Of a stretch of DNA of 20,604 nucleotides, positions 15,474 through 20,604 are shown in pieces. The position numbers and the translations under genes are program-made. Location: NCBI GenBank assembly GCA_964398505.1, contig CAYNMZ010000014.1, positions 3,489 through 24,092 on the forward strand, in the 5' to 3' direction. Source of the DNA: an uncultured Spirochaetia bacterium (GTDB lineage Bacteria; Oederibacteriota; PGYV01; CAYNMZ01). Position 1 is the first letter of the stretch. Each line of letters begins with the position of its first letter. The notes beneath the pieces are model-generated. The model was given only the letters and a program-made list of their open reading frames with translations. It was not told the origin of the DNA and did no database searches.

Positions 15474-16916
15474 ATGGCAAAAAAAAGAACTGCAAAAAAG
15501 GCAAGAAAAACCGCAAAGAAGACCGGAGCTGTAAAGAATGTAAGCGTTGGGAAAGGGTCTAATGATACGGTGAAATTCGTGCTTTCCGAAAAAGACATGC
15601 CCGCGTCCTGGTACAACATCCTGCCCGACCTTCCGGCGCCGTTTCCTCCCTATATAAGCCCGAGGACGATGAAGCCGATCACGCCTGAAGAGTTGGGCGT
15701 TATTTTTCCCATGGACCTTATCATGCAGGAATTCGCGCCGAAACAGTGGGTGGATATTCCTGGCGAAGTAATAGACATTTACAGGCTGTGGAGGCCTTCC
15801 CCGCTTTTCAGGGCTAGGAACCTTGAAAAAGCCCTTGGCACGCCCGCGCACATTTATTATAAGTATGAAGGCGTGTCGCCGGCTGGCAGCCACAAGCCGA
15901 ATACCGCCATACCGCAGGCATATTACAACAAGAAGGCCGGCATTAAGAAGATAGTCACTGAGACAGGCGCCGGACAGTGGGGCTCGGCATTGTCCCTTGC
16001 GGGCGCGTTGATGGGCATTGACATAGAGGTGTTCATGGTGCGCTGCAGCTATGACCAGAAGCCTTACAGGAAATTCATGATGAACGCATGGGGCGGAAAG
16101 GTACACGCGTCGCCTTCAAATCTGACCGAAGTCGGCAAAAAGATACTGACAGAGACCCCTGATTCTCCGGGCTCTCTCGGAATAGCGATTTCAGAAGCTG
16201 TGGAAGTGGCGGCAAAAAATCCCGATACGAATTACAGCCTTGGTTCTGTTTTAAATCACGTATGCATGCACCAGACGATAATAGGGCTTGAGGCGAAAAA
16301 ACAGATGGAGATGGCCGGGGAATATCCTGACGTTGTCATTGGCTGCCACGGAGGCGGAAGCAATTTCGCAGGCATCGCCTTTCCTTTCGCTTATGACAAG
16401 ATGAAAAAAGGAAAGAAGGTCAGGCTTGTGGCCGCTGAGCCTTCGGCCTGCCCGACGCTTTCAAAGGGCAAATACACGTATGATTTTGGAGACACGGGCG
16501 AGATGGCTCCAATTGCCATGATGTACACGCTGGGTCATAAATTCATCCCCACAGGTATACACGCCGGCGGGCTCAGGTATCACGGCGCGGCGCCGCTTGT
16601 CAGCCTGCTTGTCGTGAACAAAATAGTTGAGCCGGTTGCTTTTGACCAGGTCCCGTGCTTTGAGGCGGGCCTGCTTTTCGCTAAGACTGAGGGCATACTG
16701 CCTGCGCCTGAAAGCAACCATGCCATAAGGGCGGCAATAAAGGAAGCTGAAGAAGCGAAGTTAAGCGGAAAGAAAAAGACCATTCTCTTTAACCTCAGCG
16801 GGCACGGGCACTTTGACCTCGGGGCTTATGACGCTTTTTTAACGGGCAAAGTGAAGGACGCGGCGCTTCCGCAGGAAAACATTGAAGAAGGCTTAAGGCA
16901 TTTGCCCAAGGTTTGA
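15474..16916 (+). CDS. TrpB2-type PLP-dependent tryptophan synthase beta-like enzyme with a Lys-rich N-terminal extension
   Basis: The PLP-lysine motif GSHKPNTA is present, and WYNILPDLPAPFPP matches the TrpB2 N-terminal region. HGGGSNFAGI and GLRYHGAAP are also present. An extra ~32-aa N-terminal stretch reads MAKKRTAKKARKTAKKTGAVKNVSVGKGSNDT. The SD GGAGGGG lies 6 nt upstream of the ATG at 15474. Confidence 0.85.
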   Translation: MAKKRTAKKARKTAKKTGAVKNVSVGKGSNDTVKFVLSEKDMPASWYNILPDLPAPFPPYISPRTMKPITPEELGVIFPMDLIMQEFAPKQWVDIPGEVIDIYRLWRPSPLFRARNLEKALGTPAHIYYKYEGVSPAGSHKPNTAIPQAYYNKKAGIKKIVTETGAGQWGSALSLAGALMGIDIEVFMVRCSYDQKPYRKFMMNAWGGKVHASPSNLTEVGKKILTETPDSPGSLGIAISEAVEVAAKNPDTNYSLGSVLNHVCMHQTIIGLEAKKQMEMAGEYPDVVIGCHGGGSNFAGIAFPFAYDKMKKGKKVRLVAAEPSACPTLSKGKYTYDFGDTGEMAPIAMMYTLGHKFIPTGIHAGGLRYHGAAPLVSLLVVNKIVEPVAFDQVPCFEAGLLFAKTEGILPAPESNHAIRAAIKEAEEAKLSGKKKTILFNLSGHGHFDLGAYDAFLTGKVKDAALPQENIEEGLRHLPKV

Positions 16917-16929
16917 CAACGGAGGGAAA

Positions 16930-18156
16930 ATGAAAAGATTACCGGCTGTAATATGTATTATGTTGTTAGCGGTTTCGGCGTTCGCGGGTATTGGCGGGCT
17001 TTCTTTTGAAACTCTCGGCAAGGGCCTCGGAATCAGGGAACTGTCCATGGGAGAGGCGGGCACGGCAAACTGCCGGGGCGCAGGCTCGGTTTTCTGGAAC
17101 CCGGCATACCTTGACTCTGTGCCGAAGAACGAGATTTACCTTTCGGTTGAGACTCTTATGGAAGGCGCGAACCTGGAACAGATATCTTTTGCCAGCCCTG
17201 TCGGGACTTATGGAGGCATAGGCGCATCAGTCATACTCCTTAACTATCCTTCATATCTCAAGCTTGACAGTGACGGAGTGTCGCTTGGAAACGAAGGAAG
17301 TATGAGGGACGTGGCGGGTACAGTAGGATACGGGAAGACACTTTTTTGGGGAATACAGGCCGGAATCGGCGCCAAGATTTTCATAAAAAGCGTGGATGAT
17401 ACGGCATATACCGCTTTTAATATGGATGCGGCGCTGTACAAGCCTGTAAACGAAATGCTTGACATAGGGCTCACTTTCAGGAATGTCCTGCCGTTGTCGC
17501 TTAAGTATTCTTCGGAAGAAGAAAAATTCATACCTGCGGCAAGGCTGGGAATGCTGGTAAAAATCCTTGAGAATAAGCTTAAAATCGCGGTTGACACAGA
17601 GAAGTACTTCAATGACAGCCAGTTCCTTGTGTATGGAGGCGCGGAATACAGCTTGGGTGACATGTTTTTTGTAAGGGCGGGCGCGAACACCACGGGCGAA
17701 ATAGGCGCGGGCGCGGGCTTCAGTTTCCAGGACATTGTATTTGATTACGGCGCGGGCATAAGCGAGGCCATGGTTTCGCACAAGTTCGCGCTGTCGTACA
17801 GGTTCGGAGGATATGAGCTGGCTCTCAAGGCCGAGCCTGACGTTTTCTCGCCCATAGGAGGCAACAGGAAGACATATATAAGGATAACCGCGAGGCATAA
17901 ATACTCAATTTACAAATGGCGGCTTGACATAACGGACGGTATGGGAGAAATTGTAAAATCATGGACAGGCTCGGGCGATCCTGACAGCGTGGAGATATGG
18001 GACGGCTTAAGGAGCGACGGCATGCCCATGAAGGAAGGCGAATACAGGGCTGTCCTGAAAGTGACTGACGAGAATGACGTATCTTCCTTCTCCGCGCCGA
18101 TAAAGATCAAGATAAGCAATACCGACACTTTCAATATCCCGCTTATGGGAGATTAA
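16930..18156 (+). CDS. Outer-membrane beta-barrel protein (PorV/PorQ/SprF-like family signature) with a C-terminal FlgD-Ig-like domain
   Basis: The signal peptide is MKRLPAVICIMLLAVSAFA. The N-terminal motif MGEAGTANCRGAGSVFWNPAYL (MGgA...NPA-Y) is typical of FadL/PorV-type barrels, and the alternating hydrophobic strands run up to ~300 aa. The C-terminal ~100 aa (VEIWDGLRSDGMPMKEGEYRAVLKVTDEND) match the FlgD Ig-like WDG..d.G....G.Y consensus. An RBS follows the TrpB2 gene 13 nt downstream, so the two genes are probably co-transcribed. Confidence 0.55.
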   Translation: MKRLPAVICIMLLAVSAFAGIGGLSFETLGKGLGIRELSMGEAGTANCRGAGSVFWNPAYLDSVPKNEIYLSVETLMEGANLEQISFASPVGTYGGIGASVILLNYPSYLKLDSDGVSLGNEGSMRDVAGTVGYGKTLFWGIQAGIGAKIFIKSVDDTAYTAFNMDAALYKPVNEMLDIGLTFRNVLPLSLKYSSEEEKFIPAARLGMLVKILENKLKIAVDTEKYFNDSQFLVYGGAEYSLGDMFFVRAGANTTGEIGAGAGFSFQDIVFDYGAGISEAMVSHKFALSYRFGGYELALKAEPDVFSPIGGNRKTYIRITARHKYSIYKWRLDITDGMGEIVKSWTGSGDPDSVEIWDGLRSDGMPMKEGEYRAVLKVTDENDVSSFSAPIKIKISNTDTFNIPLMGD

Positions 18157-18178
18157 GGGCGTTTTAGGGTCATTTGGA

Positions 18179-18487
18179 CTACATTGTTCTTCTTTCCCTG
18201 TCCACGGGCGTATGCGCCTTGCGCCTGTCTTTGGCGTACAGGACAAAATTGTCACCGGATTTTTTGTAGATTTGCTTGTCCTTTTTGCTGAAAAAGAGGC
18301 CTTCCGGAAGTCGTATCATGTCTTTCATAATTTTTTCAACGGTGCGCTTTTCTTCGGATACGGCGCTGTTACGTACGCGGCGGTCATGCCTTACGTAAAC
18401 ATACCTTCCGCCCATGTTTTTTACAATGACCCTGTCCTTTGTGTCGTAATAAAGGTTGCCTTCAAGCTTTTTGTATCTTTCAGCCAT
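18179..18487 (-). CDS. Small basic hypothetical protein (102 aa)
   Basis: Its start overlaps the stop of the upstream PilZ gene by 8 nt, so it is translationally coupled. The protein is K/R-rich and no known motif was recognised. Confidence 0.5.
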   Translation of the reverse strand: MAERYKKLEGNLYYDTKDRVIVKNMGGRYVYVRHDRRVRNSAVSEEKRTVEKIMKDMIRLPEGLFFSKKDKQIYKKSGDNFVLYAKDRRKAHTPVDRERRTM

Positions 18488-18920
18488 TGTTCCTCCCTGT
18501 TTCGGTTTTTTTCAGTAATTTAATATGGTCTTCAATCCTGGCAAGATCGGATTTGCTAATTGATATTGTCTTTAATCCTGCCTTGTATGTGGCACCGGTC
18601 CTTTCTATGTTCCTTACTTCGGTGAGTATTTTAATCGGCTTTGATATTTTAGGCAAGAACAAATCTATTATCACGAGTTGTCCTGCCTCAAGGGGAGAAG
18701 AACATATTATGGAAAGTCCGCCTTTGCTTATGTCCTCAGTAATTGAACGCGTATAGGAACTGGCGGTTATGTCGGTCATTATTTTGTCTATCGTGGTATT
18801 TTTATATTCTTCTGAGGATGCGGCGTCGGCGCCTTTCTTTAGCGGGTAATAAACAACTTTCAGGGTGTCTTTTACACGCTCAAACTGCCGGACTTCCAGC
18901 CAGCCTTTGTTGATGTCCAT
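18480..18920 (-). CDS. PilZ-domain protein (second copy in the window)
   Basis: The RxxxR motif (RQFERVKDTLKVV) and the D.SxGG motif (EDISKGGLSI) are present. The start lies 1 nt after the stop of the DUF502 gene. Confidence 0.65.
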   Translation of the reverse strand: MDINKGWLEVRQFERVKDTLKVVYYPLKKGADAASSEEYKNTTIDKIMTDITASSYTRSITEDISKGGLSIICSSPLEAGQLVIIDLFLPKISKPIKILTEVRNIERTGATYKAGLKTISISKSDLARIEDHIKLLKKTETGRNNG

Positions 18921-18921
18921 A

Positions 18922-19569
18922 TTATCTTTTATTTATTTTCAGTAATCTCTTTTTGGCTAAATATTGCTTCGGATGGACTACGCCAAGGGATATTACTGTC
19001 TTAAAGCCGTCTTCAACCGACATGTCAATCGGGTAAACGTCTTTTATAGGAACCAGGAAGATAAAACCCGATGTGGGGTTGGGAGTTGTAGGAACAAATA
19101 CATGAATCAAATCTTTTGAGGTATTGCCGTCTTTCAAAGTGCTTGACTCGGGATCGGAAAGAAAACCAATCGCGAACATCTTTATCGGCCGCAGGTTTAT
19201 GAGAACTACGCTGGAAAAAGACCTTTTCTTACCTGAAAATACAGTATCGCTTAGCTGCTTTAAGCCGCCGAAAATGGTGTTAATTATAGGTATCTTATTG
19301 AGTATTGATTCGTAAAGGATTACTATACGCTTACCGAGATAATTTGTGGTAAGAAAACCGATAAGCCAAATACCTATTACAAGCGTTATTACTCCAAGCC
19401 CTGGAATATGAACACCGATATACTTGGTCATTAACGGGCCTAGAATACTGTCAAGTTTGCCGAGCAGGAATATTATTATGACTATGGACAAAAACAGCGG
19501 TAAAATGACAATAAGGCCCGCAAAGAATTGGGAAGTGAGCCTGGAGGTTATTTTTTTAAGGAATTTCAT
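18922..19569 (-). CDS. DUF502-family inner-membrane protein
   Basis: Two N-terminal TM helices are followed by the conserved VPTTPNPTSGFIFLVP...MSVEDGFKTVISLGV block characteristic of DUF502. The ATG at 19569 (MKFLKK...) is preferred over the upstream TTG at 19584. Confidence 0.7.
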   Translation of the reverse strand: MKFLKKITSRLTSQFFAGLIVILPLFLSIVIIIFLLGKLDSILGPLMTKYIGVHIPGLGVITLVIGIWLIGFLTTNYLGKRIVILYESILNKIPIINTIFGGLKQLSDTVFSGKKRSFSSVVLINLRPIKMFAIGFLSDPESSTLKDGNTSKDLIHVFVPTTPNPTSGFIFLVPIKDVYPIDMSVEDGFKTVISLGVVHPKQYLAKKRLLKINKR

Positions 19570-19633
19570 GATATTTTTTCTCAAAGCAACTCCAATACGC
19601 TTATTTTTTATAGATAATATGAAATTTTTTATA

Positions 19634-19661
19634 ATTATACACTAAAAAAGACAAAAAACAA
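19634..19661 (-). promoter_or_regulatory. Candidate sigma70 promoter for the DUF502-PilZ operon (TTGTTT-16-TATAAT on the minus strand)
   Basis: The reverse complement of 19656-19661 is TTGTTT and of 19634-19639 is TATAAT. The element lies in a ~320-nt region of roughly 20% GC. Confidence 0.3.
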
Positions 19662-19709
19662 GTTATTTTTAAAAGATAATGATAGATGCATTATGTTTTG
19701 TAAAAAAAT

Positions 19710-19738
19710 TTGACTTTAAATTTTATTATATGTATAAT
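19710..19738 (+). promoter_or_regulatory. Consensus sigma70 promoter TTGACT-17-TATAAT
   Basis: TTGACT lies at 19710-19715, followed by a 17-nt spacer and TATAAT at 19733-19738. It is oriented toward the gene starting at 19905, implying a leader of about 160 nt. Confidence 0.5.
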
Positions 19739-19904
19739 TTATATATATTGTTAGAAATTTGTATAAAGGATTGCATTATACTGGAAAAAGCTTAAAAATA
19801 GTGTATTAAAATATAGGCAAAATTTTTCGCTTTGTATTATTATGCCTTGTTGAAGTGTTTATATTTTGAAACATGACAAAAAAATTGCTTTGCAAGGGAG
19901 TTTT

Positions 19905-20604
19905 ATGCGATTAAGGTTTTTGGAAAATGCCCCAAAGGTAATTTCCAGAGCTGCAAGAGCATGCCTTATTATAATGGCTGCTGTTTTCTCCCTTGCCGTA
20001 TTTTCAGCTGAAGCAAAGGCTGCCATTACAAGCGTAATGAGCATGGAAATACTCGGCGATGTAATTGCCGGAAACACGGTTACTGTCAGGTTTACTGTCA
20101 CGGGAGAGGGAGACGGCAAAACTGTCTTTGCGAGTATTATTTTTTCCCGGGACGATGCCATTGATGCCACGGATGACGCGCTGCTCACTGACTCAGGGGT
20201 TTATGATTCTACGCTGGCGAGCCCTGAAAACGACGGGTATTCCGGCGCTGATGTCGGAACTACCGTGTTCCCGGACCCCAAAGTTGTCGATGTGATCCTG
20301 AGGATACCTTCCAATTATTACGGCAATTATTATATTTTCATCGCGGTCAGCGAAGAGACAAATTTTACGATAAACGGCGGCGCTGGCGCGTATGAGGCAC
20401 TTGGCACGATGACCGTGGAAGTGCTGACGCCGTCAGTAACGCCTACGGTGACTGAGACGTCGACAGTGACGCCGACAGTGACGGAAACAGTAACGCCGAC
20501 AGTGACAGAGACGTATACAGTGACAGAAACCGTGACAGATACAGTGACACCGACAGTGACGGAAACAGTAACGCCGACAGTGACAGAGACGTATACAGTG
20601 ACAG
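19905..20604 (+). CDS. Secreted Thr/Pro-rich repeat protein, N-terminal portion (3' end outside the window)
   Basis: RBS AAGGGAG lies 4 nt before the ATG at 19905. The signal peptide is MRLRFLENAPKVISRAARACLIIMAAVFSLAVFSAEAKA. A ~140-aa beta-rich domain is followed from ~20437 by 26-aa TPTVTETVTPTVTETYTVTETVTDTV repeats. No stop codon occurs before the window edge. Confidence 0.7.
   Translation, partial: MRLRFLENAPKVISRAARACLIIMAAVFSLAVFSAEAKAAITSVMSMEILGDVIAGNTVTVRFTVTGEGDGKTVFASIIFSRDDAIDATDDALLTDSGVYDSTLASPENDGYSGADVGTTVFPDPKVVDVILRIPSNYYGNYYIFIAVSEETNFTINGGAGAYEALGTMTVEVLTPSVTPTVTETSTVTPTVTETVTPTVTETYTVTETVTDTVTPTVTETVTPTVTETYTVT
20437..20604 (+). repeat. In-frame 78-nt tandem repeat (at least 2 copies) encoding TPTVTET-type units
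   Basis: The 54-nt block ccgacagtgacggaaacagtaacgccgacagtgacagagacgtatacagtgacag occurs at 20472-20525 and again at 20550-20603, giving a 78-nt period. The array runs off the window end. Confidence 0.8.

Noticed and set aside
15450-16106. 218-aa minus-strand ORF antisense to the TrpB2 gene
   Set aside because: It is fully contained in the conserved TrpB2 coding region. The Arg-rich translation is typical of the antisense of a Lys/Glu-rich gene.
17251-17898. 215-aa minus-strand ORF antisense to the outer-membrane barrel gene
   Set aside because: It lies inside a gene with a signal peptide and family motifs on the + strand, and it has no RBS or domain signature.

Overview
This 20.6 kb window is a densely coding, mixed-strand stretch of what looks like an uncultivated Gram-negative bacterium. 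Coding regions run about 50% GC and intergenic regions are very AT-rich with sigma70-like promoters. The presence of type IX secretion (T9SS)-like sorting features suggests the Fibrobacteres–Chlorobi–Bacteroidetes (FCB) group, but that is only an inference.

The gene content is mostly housekeeping and envelope functions. On the + strand it starts with a truncated Thr/Pro-repeat secreted protein ending in a T9SS-type C-terminal sorting domain. Next comes an ABC-F ATPase translationally coupled to a small radical SAM/SPASM-twitch protein, followed by a protein with three topoisomerase-type zinc ribbons and an SPFH/prohibitin-like protein. Further along are a GT4 glycosyltransferase resembling the corynebacterial/mycobacterial GlgA/GlgM type, a secreted hypothetical and a small membrane protein. 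The rest of the + strand carries a polytopic GT-C-like membrane protein, a PilZ protein, a TrpB2-type PLP enzyme with a Lys-rich N-terminal tail, an outer-membrane barrel with a FlgD-Ig-like C-terminal domain, and a 3'-truncated Thr/Pro-repeat secreted protein at the window end.

The - strand carries a small hypothetical protein, a CAP/SCP-domain protein, an 825-aa lipoprotein with three PPC domains and Thr/Pro-rich linkers, a long-chain acyl-CoA synthetase, and an operon of DUF502, a second PilZ protein and a small basic protein.

The most notable observations are these. The two window ends appear to be halves of one gene, with the same 78-nt repeat period and a continuous reading frame, which suggests a circular or repeat-broken contig. 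Two genes are each interrupted by a +1 frameshift inside an 8-nt homopolymer: the CAP protein loses its signal peptide and the acyl-CoA synthetase is split. That pattern points to sequencing indels or slippage-prone tracts. A divergent pair of a GT-C glycosyltransferase and a Thr/Pro-linker lipoprotein is a candidate protein O-glycosylation module. The ABC-F and radical SAM genes overlap by ATGA. The zinc-ribbon protein ends in an SSB-like acidic ...ETPF tail. No CRISPR array, rRNA, tRNA or mobile element was seen.
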